From: Fibrobacter sp.
GTDB taxonomy: Bacteria; Fibrobacterota; Fibrobacteria; Fibrobacterales; Fibrobacteraceae
Direction: 5' to 3'
Assembly (NCBI RefSeq): GCF_045112255.1
Contig: NZ_JBGUHR010000015.1
Location: forward strand, 863-64,862
DNA: 64,000 nt
The notes under the pieces are model-generated. The model was not told the DNA's origin, did not search any database, and saw nothing but the letters and a program-made list of their open reading frames with translations. Position numbers and translations under genes: made by a program. Shown in pieces: positions 29,041 through 37,986 of this stretch (position 1 is its first letter; every line of letters begins with the position of its first letter).

Positions 29041-31371
29041 TTATTCCTTTTTCTCAGTCTTTTTTTCATTTTTTTTCATTTCAGTATCCACTTTCACCCC
29101 ATCCAAATCATAGTCTACATACTTTTCATCAATATCGTCAGCTTTCCAATTCAAATGATAAGAAGTTGGACCAGTATGATAACCAACTCCAATAATCAAA
29201 AAAGAAGAATCCTCTTTATGGACAAATAATACGTGACAAGAGTCTCCTTCTTTTCCATTTTTTTTCAAACCACCATGAGAAATATGGAAAACCGTTTTAC
29301 CCCCATATAAAAAGTTTGTGCCACCACCACTATTTAATTTGTGATTTTCCATATAAGCAACACATTTTGAACACCAAATTGGCTTGTTCGCAGCACTTCG
29401 TTCACACAATTGTTCCACAAAAACTTCAGTTTTTATCTCAAAATGTTGTTTTTCTTCAACAAAATCTTCTATTCTATCTTCAACATCACTTAAATCAGAG
29501 CAACCTTCAATGGATATTTTATCAACACCAATTAGACTATTTATCTCGCATAAAACATATGCTTTCATTTTTCGTATAAAATCGCAAAGTCTGTAGCCGT
29601 TTATCACAGCATGTGGATTAACAAAACTATACGCAAATAAATCACCTAAATTTTTTAACACACATGTCACTTTTCTTCCCGGCATCATTTCTTTCCGAGT
29701 CAAAGATAATTTTTCTTGAACACAACCTACTACATTATCTTCAATACCATTCAAATTCTTGCACCCGGAAATATCTAGATTTAAAACACAGTCCAGCCTA
29801 CACTCATGATCAAGCACATATTCTTGCATTTGAAGTATAAACGAAGCAACATCTACACCAAATATTTCAGAACGAGGATGAATAAAATTAAATGCGATTA
29901 AATCACCAAAAGTTTGAATTCCATGCGTTTCAAAGAGTTTTTCGCCTTCTTTAATTACAACAGGTGCAGAAGCTAATTTCTGAGTGTTATGCATTCTAGA
30001 CGGGACCTTCTTTTCGAAGTTTTTTTTGCCCTTTCCAATTACAACAGGTGCAGAATCTGATTTCTGACGAGCTGTACAACTTTCTTCTACAACTCTTGCA
30101 ACATCTATTAAATTTTCACACTTGGAAATATTTAGGTGTAAAACCCAATCCAAACAGCCCGTTTGTTGATTTACATAATTTTGCGTTTCAAGTATAAACG
30201 AATTAAGATCTACGCCATATATTTCAGAGTGTGGGTGGGCAAAATTAAACGCAATCAAATCACCAAATGTTCTAAAATTCCAATAATCTAAATTATTTGT
30301 GTCTAATGTAAAATCCAAACATTTTAGAACATCTTGCATAGTCCTACAATCAAAAACTTTTTTTTCCCCCAGAGTATCAAAGGTATATCCTTTTTCTATT
30401 ATCTTACTTTGAATATACTCAATAAATTCACCAAAACAAATATCATTAAGAATCATCGAATCATGCGTATAACCGTAAACAATCAAATCTTTTAATGTAA
30501 CAATCCCCAAAGATCCCAGCGGTGGAATAATTCCTTCTTTCTTTTTACAAGAAGCAAATGTTAATTTTTCAACATTGCGCGTTTCCGCGAATCGCATTCC
30601 ATCAGCATAAGCATCTATAGCATCTACAACACCTTCAATAGTTGTACGTTCACTGATATTAATAAATTCCCATTGAGTTTTGGGAATATTTTTTAACCTT
30701 TTTTCTAATTCTTTGCGAACTTTCTGAGCGATGACGCATTCCTTGCCAACATAAAAAATTTTCATATGACATATCGCATCAAAAAAATCATTTACATTAT
30801 CATATAATTGTTCTACAGAAGCATTTTTTGTAGATGCTATACTGATACATTGTATCAAATTATTAAATTTATTTTGAGCAACAAAATTCCCACATTCAAT
30901 CTGTCGGCACTGCACCGCCTTCTCCCCCATCACATCGGCTTCATGCTCTAGGGCAGTATTATCATTCACAGGCATTCCGTTGATGTTCGTGGTTGGAGAA
31001 ACGCGGCCGGCCATTTGCTGAGCGACATGCCATGCTTCGTGCGGTAGGTGTTTTTCTTGTCCAGGGGCAACATGAATGTCAGTTCCCTGCGTGTACGCAA
31101 GAGCCTGAACCGTAGCGGGCTTAGGACTGTTGTAATGCACACGCACATCGTCCATCGAGAAGCCAGAAAGGCTCTCAATGCCAGCCTTTAAGTTATCCGG
31201 CATTCCCGTGTTGTTCGGTCGAGGCGTTTCCTCACGCTGGGCAGTACCGTTCGCCAAATCTGCTTTGCGCTGGAGGGATTCGCTCTGAGAAGACACATCG
31301 AGAACTGAGGATGCGGAGGGAGCATCCTTCTTTTGCGTGGGGGATTGTTTTTGTGCAAATGTTGAATTCAT
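29041..31371 (-). CDS. DUF4157 eCIS cargo protein 3 (internal repeats plus putative toxin tip)
   Basis: NNTGMPDNLKAGIESLSG.SMDDVRVHYNS...HEAWHVAQQ...LEHEAD.MG (DUF4157); AT-rich unique C-terminus. Confidence 0.85.
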   Translation of the reverse strand: MNSTFAQKQSPTQKKDAPSASSVLDVSSQSESLQRKADLANGTAQREETPRPNNTGMPDNLKAGIESLSGFSMDDVRVHYNSPKPATVQALAYTQGTDIHVAPGQEKHLPHEAWHVAQQMAGRVSPTTNINGMPVNDNTALEHEADVMGEKAVQCRQIECGNFVAQNKFNNLIQCISIASTKNASVEQLYDNVNDFFDAICHMKIFYVGKECVIAQKVRKELEKRLKNIPKTQWEFINISERTTIEGVVDAIDAYADGMRFAETRNVEKLTFASCKKKEGIIPPLGSLGIVTLKDLIVYGYTHDSMILNDICFGEFIEYIQSKIIEKGYTFDTLGEKKVFDCRTMQDVLKCLDFTLDTNNLDYWNFRTFGDLIAFNFAHPHSEIYGVDLNSFILETQNYVNQQTGCLDWVLHLNISKCENLIDVARVVEESCTARQKSDSAPVVIGKGKKNFEKKVPSRMHNTQKLASAPVVIKEGEKLFETHGIQTFGDLIAFNFIHPRSEIFGVDVASFILQMQEYVLDHECRLDCVLNLDISGCKNLNGIEDNVVGCVQEKLSLTRKEMMPGRKVTCVLKNLGDLFAYSFVNPHAVINGYRLCDFIRKMKAYVLCEINSLIGVDKISIEGCSDLSDVEDRIEDFVEEKQHFEIKTEVFVEQLCERSAANKPIWCSKCVAYMENHKLNSGGGTNFLYGGKTVFHISHGGLKKNGKEGDSCHVLFVHKEDSSFLIIGVGYHTGPTSYHLNWKADDIDEKYVDYDLDGVKVDTEMKKNEKKTEKKE

Positions 31372-31536
31372 AAGAAAATCCTTTAGGGATTCACAAAGAC
31401 TTCGTTCATCTATTTTGATACATGAATTAGTAATTCGTCTGTCAAGATTTCAATCCATTCAATTTTTTAAATTGATAGATTTATAAAAACAAACTGCAAA
31501 TTACAATGTTTTTACAGCCTCAATAAATTTATAGAA

Positions 31537-32850
31537 TTAATAAACATTCCCATTTTCATCAATATGTAATTTCGTTTTCTTCCCTTTATAATATTCTTTA
31601 CCATTAGTAGCAGTGTACCTATGGCTAGCATTTCCCGAAACCCCTCTTCTTGCGTCAGCAGACACATAGACTCCATCATTCATTGATATAGAAACGTTTT
31701 TATTACCCTTTATTTGAGGAGAAAAACAGTCGTCGTTTACTCTACGGTCCTTTAAACATTTATAAAAAATTTCAATATAGGAAGAACCTTCTTTGAAACC
31801 ACCCTTTGCCGCCAAATCTCTTTCACCTGTATGACAACCAGCCAAGTATATTTCCCCAGCATAGCCTTTGGGCAATATAGCATTTACTTTTTTAGCCAAA
31901 CGTGACGGCGAGTACGATGCGAAAAAGGAGCCTTGCTCACCATGTGCATTTATAACCAAATTTTCATACTTGTGAACTTTTGTTGCATTTTGAGCGCTTA
32001 CGAAATCAAATTTTTCATCTATTCTATCATTGATTTCAGATTCAATATCATTCCATTCTATTAGTTCCAAATCTTCCGGTTTTTTAGTTTCAAAGGTTAT
32101 GGGAGCATACGGTTTTAGTTTTTTTAAATCATCAAATTTCCCCGACATGCAATATTTATCCCATAGAATCTCTGCTCTTGTTTTATATTTTTTTTTAAGA
32201 CGTTCTGTATGGCTAAATAAATATATAGAATTTTCACCATTATAACCCAAATTTGTACTTCCTTGCATTATTCCATCAAAAAATTCATACGCATTTATAA
32301 CACGAAGCATTTGACATGTATTACCCAAATTATAATTGATTTTTTTATTACTTACGTCAATTTCAGAGACCCTCTGCACCGCCTTTTCCCCCATCACATC
32401 TGCTTCGTGCTCTAGTGCAGCGTTATCATTCACTGGCATTCCGTTGATATTTGTGGTTGGAGAAACACGGCCGGCCATTTGCTGGGCGACGTGCCATGCT
32501 TCGTGCGGAAGGTGTTTTTCTTGTCCAGGGGCAACATGAATATCGGTTCCCTGCGTGTACGCAAGAGCCTGAACGGTAGCGGGCTTAGAACTGTTGTAAT
32601 GCACACGCACATCGTCCATCGAGAAGCCAGAAAGGCTCTCAATGCCAGCCTTTAAGTCATCCGGCATTCCCGTATTGTTCGGTCGCGGGGTTTCCACACG
32701 CTGGGCAGTGCAGTTCGCCATATCTGCTTTGCGCTGGAGGGATTCACTCTGAGAAGACGCATCGAAGATGGAGGATGCGGAGGGGGCATCTTTCTTTTGC
32801 GCGGGGGATTGTTTTTGTTCGAAAGAGGAAAACATATTTATACCATACAA
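31537..32850 (-). CDS. DUF4157 eCIS cargo protein 2 (His/Cys protease-like C-terminal domain)
   Basis: DUF4157 block plus LVINAHG...IYLAGCHTGE; start could be the second Met. Confidence 0.85.
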   Translation of the reverse strand: MYGINMFSSFEQKQSPAQKKDAPSASSIFDASSQSESLQRKADMANCTAQRVETPRPNNTGMPDDLKAGIESLSGFSMDDVRVHYNSSKPATVQALAYTQGTDIHVAPGQEKHLPHEAWHVAQQMAGRVSPTTNINGMPVNDNAALEHEADVMGEKAVQRVSEIDVSNKKINYNLGNTCQMLRVINAYEFFDGIMQGSTNLGYNGENSIYLFSHTERLKKKYKTRAEILWDKYCMSGKFDDLKKLKPYAPITFETKKPEDLELIEWNDIESEINDRIDEKFDFVSAQNATKVHKYENLVINAHGEQGSFFASYSPSRLAKKVNAILPKGYAGEIYLAGCHTGERDLAAKGGFKEGSSYIEIFYKCLKDRRVNDDCFSPQIKGNKNVSISMNDGVYVSADARRGVSGNASHRYTATNGKEYYKGKKTKLHIDENGNVY

Positions 32851-32901
32851 TTTTTGAAGAATGGGAAGACATCCCTTTTATCAACAGCTAATCATATCGA
32901 A

Positions 32902-34368
32902 TTAAATACGTAATTTCGTTTGTTTGCCACTTATATATACTCCTTCCTCGCGTAAACAAGCGTAATGCCATTTCGAACCATCTTCTGAAATCATTAACGA
33001 ACCTTCATCAAAGTCGAGCGTTATCGATTTTATGGTAAATTTGCCTTTTTCTATTTTAACATTTCCTTTTTTGCCTGTATTTTCATAGACATCATTCACT
33101 AATTTCATACATTCACATTGTGGAAAAAATAAATTGTCCGTATTGAAATCAATTTCTTCTTTTTTTAAAAAAAGGAACTTATCTTTTTCGTTCTTGAAGT
33201 ATAAACGAATCTCTTTTGCTTTTATTTTTTTCACTTCATCAGTAAGTACACAGACTCCTTTTTTAGTTGATATCGCGGTATTTTTATTTCCTTTAACAAA
33301 AGGAGATATTTTTTTCGCCCCAGCTAACTCAACCAATTTAGCACGAAATTGTTCAATAAATGATGATCCAACAACAGGTTCTTTTTTTTCATTTATTTCA
33401 CGTTCTCCTGTATGACATCCTGCTAAATAAATTAATCCCGAATAATGATTTGGCAACAGCTGTTCGACATGATAAGCGAGTAAATAGGGTCCCATGTCTG
33501 CAAAAGATTCTTTTGATCCATGCGCATTTATAACCAACATTTCTTGTTCTCCTAGAACATCTGTATCACTTATCGAACATTTTAATTTATTTATATAATC
33601 TGTATATTTACCATAGGCATCTTGGCAATCTTTTGCCCAAATGGTTATTTCAGGACAGTAATGTTCTGCTCTTTTTTTTACAAATTCATTCACAGTACCC
33701 TCCGTCACAGCATTCCAATAATCATTGAAAGCTTTTTCCACTTTTCCTTCATAAAGCGATCTCAATGATGCAGTATTCCCAGCTAAAGTGGCATTTCTTT
33801 TCTGTCCCCAAAATTGCTGATAACCATTAATAACACGAAGCATTTGACATGTATTACCAAAATTATAATTGATTTTTTTATTACTTACGTCCATTTCAGA
33901 GACCCTCTGCACCGCCTTTTCCCCCATCACATCGGCTTCGTGCTCTAGTGCAGCGTTATCATTCACAGGCATTCCGTTGATGTTTGTTGTTGGAGAAACG
34001 CGGCCGGCCATTTGCTGGGCGACGTGCCATGCTTCGTGCGGCAGGTGTTTTTCTTGTCCGGGGGCAACATGAATATCAGTTCCCTGCGTATACGCAAGAG
34101 CCTGAACGGTAGCGGGTTTGCTACTGTTGTAATGCACACGCACATCGTCCATCGAGAAGCCAGAAAGGCTCTCAATGCCAGCCTTTAAGTTATCCGGCAT
34201 TCCCGTATTGTTCGGTCGCGGAGGTTCCACACGCTGGGCAGCGCCGTTCGCCATATCTGCTTTGCGCTGGAGGGATTCGCTCTGAGAAGACGCATCGAAG
34301 ATGGAGGATGCGGAGGGGGCATCCTTCTTTTGCGCAGTGGTTTGGCGTTGTACGTATGTGGTATTCAT
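32902..34368 (-). CDS. DUF4157 eCIS cargo protein 1 (His/Cys protease-like C-terminal domain)
   Basis: DUF4157 block plus LVINAHG...IYLAGCHTGE; AAAGGAG RBS. Confidence 0.88.
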   Translation of the reverse strand: MNTTYVQRQTTAQKKDAPSASSIFDASSQSESLQRKADMANGAAQRVEPPRPNNTGMPDNLKAGIESLSGFSMDDVRVHYNSSKPATVQALAYTQGTDIHVAPGQEKHLPHEAWHVAQQMAGRVSPTTNINGMPVNDNAALEHEADVMGEKAVQRVSEMDVSNKKINYNFGNTCQMLRVINGYQQFWGQKRNATLAGNTASLRSLYEGKVEKAFNDYWNAVTEGTVNEFVKKRAEHYCPEITIWAKDCQDAYGKYTDYINKLKCSISDTDVLGEQEMLVINAHGSKESFADMGPYLLAYHVEQLLPNHYSGLIYLAGCHTGEREINEKKEPVVGSSFIEQFRAKLVELAGAKKISPFVKGNKNTAISTKKGVCVLTDEVKKIKAKEIRLYFKNEKDKFLFLKKEEIDFNTDNLFFPQCECMKLVNDVYENTGKKGNVKIEKGKFTIKSITLDFDEGSLMISEDGSKWHYACLREEGVYISGKQTKLRI

Positions 34369-34384
34369 GTTTTCTCCTTTTTGT

Positions 34385-34600
34385 AGAGATCCTTCGACTA
34401 CGAACCTTCGGTTCTTCGCTCAGGATGACAAAGCGTTACCAGGTGGGCAGGAACAATCCGTGTATGCCGTTCCCGGAACGGAGTCCGGGAAGACATGCAA
34501 TGTCAAGACTTCACTGGATCCTTCGGGCGTTCGCCCTCAGGATGACGAAGCTGAGGCAGGATGACGAGAGGGAGGTTCCCGCTCGGAGGCGGGAATGACA
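34385..34600. repeat. Cluster of REP-like palindromes
   Basis: GATCCTTCG...CTCAGGATGACA, CTGGATCCTTCGGGCG..CGCCCTCAGGATGACG, TTCCCGC..GCGGGAATGACA. Confidence 0.75.
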
Positions 34601-34601
34601 T

Positions 34602-34823
34602 TTACGCGAGTTCTTCCTCTTCGGGGACGGCTTCGCGCTGGATGGCCTTGCCCTGAACGGGTTCCTCGTCATCTTCGAAGGTGGCGCGCTGGAGGGCGCT
34701 GTTCATCATGTCGGCTTTGCGTTGCAGGCTTGCGCTCTGCATCGAGGAGTCCATGAGGCTTGCGGCGTTATTGGAGGCCATGCGCTGGATGGCATCGGAT
34801 TTTTGAGAGTACGTAGAGGTCAT
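34602..34823 (-). CDS. 73-aa protein consisting of the cargo N-terminal leader only
   Basis: AAAAGGAAA RBS; SSMQSASLQRKADM matches SSQSESLQRKADM of the DUF4157 proteins; QR...EEEE segments. Confidence 0.75.
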   Translation of the reverse strand: MTSTYSQKSDAIQRMASNNAASLMDSSMQSASLQRKADMMNSALQRATFEDDEEPVQGKAIQREAVPEEEELA

Positions 34824-34884
34824 GAGATGTTTCCTTTTTTTGAATGTTAATGGTTTTGATGGATTGCCGTGAATGGCACACCTT

Positions 34885-36648
34885 TTATTCTACTCGACGG
34901 GTCGGAACGTCCCTTTTTTCACGGGCCTGCAACAGAATAATGGCTACGGCAACCATGAACAATACGATATTGGGCAACAAGCCCAGCAATCCGTTTATAA
35001 AGGTGACGAAGGGGTCAAACAGCATAACGACAGCCATCGTGATAACAGACGGCAGCACAACTATACCGAGCAGCAAAACCAGGCGGGTTCTGAAGAAATC
35101 CTCCACGTCATCTGATACAAAATAGCTCACGAGGACTCCGACCGCAATAAGGAAGGACAAAAGGTTCAAGAGTCGGAAAATCCAGCGGTGCTTACAGGCA
35201 AAAGCGGCAATACTCCCCTGTCGTTCATACCGATTTTTCCCGATTCCAAAAAACTGGACTATACACGTGCCGAGATTTCCAGGCGCAAAGCACGCATCCT
35301 TGGCCTTGACATCCGTGGCATAAGGGCCAACAGCAAAGCCAAAGTAGGTATCATTGTAGAACGGTTCATCGTTTTGCAACTGGTACCACTGTTTATTATC
35401 AAACCAAACCATCGGCACAACAGAATGAATCACATCGCGACGGTTCTTGCCTTCCACTTGCTGGTCCAGGTCATTTAAAACAAAGCGCTTACTATGCGAC
35501 GTGGGTTCTTCGAGAACCACGAACAGATAGTTCTTTAATTCATTCTTGCTATACTTTTGATAATCTTCAGGGAACACGCCTATGTCAGCAAAATACTTAT
35601 AGCTGTAAATTCCATTGTTATTCCCGAGACCCATGGAATCCACAAGATCCAAACGATCCATCATGACATTTACATAGGCATGCGCATTTTCCGCAGAAAG
35701 GACCTTGTTCAACTTCCTAAAAAACACCTTGAACTCATTTGTAGCAATGGAATCTTTCGGATAGTTCTTGAAACGCAGAGTCACGCCATCGCCACGGTAT
35801 TCGAAATCGTCCGCATAGAAACTGAGCGTATTCACAAACCGCTGGAATCCCGAATTTATTTTCTTGTTCACGACCATCTCGATTTCATTGACCAGATTCT
35901 CAAAAAATTTTTTAAACGATTCTTTTGAATCAATGTAGTTCCAGTCGTCTTTTTGGACAATCCAGTCAAATTTCACAAAGTGGCGGTGGACTTCATTGAC
36001 AAACTCATAATTTTTTTCATCGCTCAGGTATTCCGAGGCAAGCGTTCCAGAAGGCAAGTGAAGTGTTCCTTTGTCATCGGCGTATAGCCCATAAAATTCC
36101 AGTCTTGTAACGCCTTCAAAATCTATCCATTTGGTGGAATCGCCGACATACCAGTACGGATAAATTCCAAAAATTTCGCTATCAAATTTATCCTTCGAGC
36201 TACAGCCACAGGATTTTTTCCCGTTTGTCAGCAAAGGGTCGTCGTTAAAGCCATCGACATGTTCCAACACCGCACTTAACGATGGCAAAATTGAATTACG
36301 GTAAAGGGTGTCAAGATAATCAAGCGTTCGCATCCACTGTTTATCGGAACAATTCTTATCCTGAACACCATCTCCGTCAAAAGATTCTCCACACATATTG
36401 TTAAAAAACACAGCCAAAGCCTTCAGGGCGTAATGGTGGACTAACGACGTATCAGGGAAATCAACCCCTTGCATGTTCTTGAGCACCTGCAAGGCGACAT
36501 CTGCCGGTTTCGCCAACGAATCCAGCTTGGCTAGAGAATCAACCTTTTCAGGCGAGATTCTATAATAGTTCATAACCGTGCTTTTCGCAAATGAAAGCAC
36601 CGAAAATGCGAGAACGGCTAGACACGTGATTATGTATTTGATTTTCAT
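34885..36648 (-). CDS. eCIS-associated membrane protein with degenerate GH18-like domain
   Basis: Signal peptide; FGIYPYW, GDGVTLRFKNYP; three C-terminal TM helices; ATGA overlap with ATPase gene. Confidence 0.6.
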   Translation of the reverse strand: MKIKYIITCLAVLAFSVLSFAKSTVMNYYRISPEKVDSLAKLDSLAKPADVALQVLKNMQGVDFPDTSLVHHYALKALAVFFNNMCGESFDGDGVQDKNCSDKQWMRTLDYLDTLYRNSILPSLSAVLEHVDGFNDDPLLTNGKKSCGCSSKDKFDSEIFGIYPYWYVGDSTKWIDFEGVTRLEFYGLYADDKGTLHLPSGTLASEYLSDEKNYEFVNEVHRHFVKFDWIVQKDDWNYIDSKESFKKFFENLVNEIEMVVNKKINSGFQRFVNTLSFYADDFEYRGDGVTLRFKNYPKDSIATNEFKVFFRKLNKVLSAENAHAYVNVMMDRLDLVDSMGLGNNNGIYSYKYFADIGVFPEDYQKYSKNELKNYLFVVLEEPTSHSKRFVLNDLDQQVEGKNRRDVIHSVVPMVWFDNKQWYQLQNDEPFYNDTYFGFAVGPYATDVKAKDACFAPGNLGTCIVQFFGIGKNRYERQGSIAAFACKHRWIFRLLNLLSFLIAVGVLVSYFVSDDVEDFFRTRLVLLLGIVVLPSVITMAVVMLFDPFVTFINGLLGLLPNIVLFMVAVAIILLQAREKRDVPTRRVE

Positions 36649-37985
36649 AGGATTTTTCCCTCTTTGTGTAATTCCTTTGTCAACGCCTTGATGATGTCAT
36701 CGTTAGAAATTTTTTTGCGACAATCTTGCACAGCGCTTATAGCGGCATAACGAGCCACATTTGTGAGCGCTCCCCCCGCAAGTTCATACTTCTGTGCAAA
36801 TTTGTTCAAATCGACGTCACTTTCAAGTATAGCTTTTTTCGAGAAAATGTTAGACCAAAGTCTCATGCGCTCTTCGGGTTCCGGGAGCGGGAAGTATATG
36901 GCATTCTGGAAACGGCGCGAGAAAGCTTCGTCAATGTTCGACTTCAAGTTGCTTGCCAAAATGACAATGCCCGGGAAATCTTCGACACGCTGCAACAGGT
37001 ACGAGATTTCCTGATTGGCGGCACGGTCGTTCGAGCTGTTCGTCTGCGTACGCGAGCCAAAGAGCGAGTCTGCCTCGTCGAAAAAGAGGATCCAGTTGCG
37101 GTGTTCCGCCTGGTCAAAGATGTTCGAGAGGTTTTTCTCGGTTTCGCCGATGTACTTCGAAATCACCTGCGACAAGTCCACTCGGTAAACATCCATACCG
37201 ACTTTTGCGCCGATGAGCGTCGCCGTAAGCGTTTTCCCTGTACCCGGCGGGCCGTAAAACAGCGCACGGTAACCGCGTTTGAGGTTCTTGCGGAGTCCAA
37301 AATCGTCAAGCACGGCTTCGCTTTTTTGAATCCATGCCATAAGCTGGTTGATGTCGTCAAGCGTCTCTTCGGCAAGCACGAGATCTTCCCACTGCAAATT
37401 CGTCGTGATGAGCTTTGCCGGGAAATGCATGCTGAAGTCAGGCTTGTTTTTAACGCCGGTCGTAAAGTACTGCAAGTATTCCGAGGATACACGGAGCGCG
37501 GCCGAATTTGCAGGTTCACCGGGTTCGCCGTATTCAAGCTGTAAAATGCGTTCTACAAAAAGTGTTGACGAGGTGTCAAACAGCGCCATCATCTGTATGC
37601 GCTTTTCAATATCGTTACCCGCAAGCAAGAACAGCGCCGTCTCGCACGTGGGCAAGAACCCGGAATGGCTCTTGCTGCGCCACCCGCCAAATTCCGTGTA
37701 CGGGCGGCCCAGAGTGCGGTTATTCAACAAGAACGAATCAAGCGCCTGCGGGCAAAGGTGCGGCAAAAGCGCAAGCGCAATGATCAGGCGCTCGTAAAAG
37801 CCCAGTTCAAAATCAGCGACAACCTGCCCATACGGGGTTCCTGCATCAAGTTCCGGCGGCGGGAGCATTTCGACCTGGAGCTTTTTTTCTTCGGAATCGT
37901 CGGCCGAAAAATACTGCGAGAAACGCAGGTCAATCACAGACTTGCACCATTCGATTTCATTTGTCAAATCAAGGCTCATTGGCAA
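36645..37985 (-). CDS. eCIS AAA+ ATPase (Afp15-like)
   Basis: GPPGTGKT, SKYIGETEKNL, FFDEADSLF, DR.ANQEISYLLQR. Confidence 0.92.
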   Translation of the reverse strand: MPMSLDLTNEIEWCKSVIDLRFSQYFSADDSEEKKLQVEMLPPPELDAGTPYGQVVADFELGFYERLIIALALLPHLCPQALDSFLLNNRTLGRPYTEFGGWRSKSHSGFLPTCETALFLLAGNDIEKRIQMMALFDTSSTLFVERILQLEYGEPGEPANSAALRVSSEYLQYFTTGVKNKPDFSMHFPAKLITTNLQWEDLVLAEETLDDINQLMAWIQKSEAVLDDFGLRKNLKRGYRALFYGPPGTGKTLTATLIGAKVGMDVYRVDLSQVISKYIGETEKNLSNIFDQAEHRNWILFFDEADSLFGSRTQTNSSNDRAANQEISYLLQRVEDFPGIVILASNLKSNIDEAFSRRFQNAIYFPLPEPEERMRLWSNIFSKKAILESDVDLNKFAQKYELAGGALTNVARYAAISAVQDCRKKISNDDIIKALTKELHKEGKIL

Positions 37986-37986
37986 A

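Noticed and set aside
30910..34330. Diversity-generating retroelement template/variable repeats
   Set aside because: No reverse transcriptase; differences between copies are not adenine-specific and the repeats encode conserved N-termini
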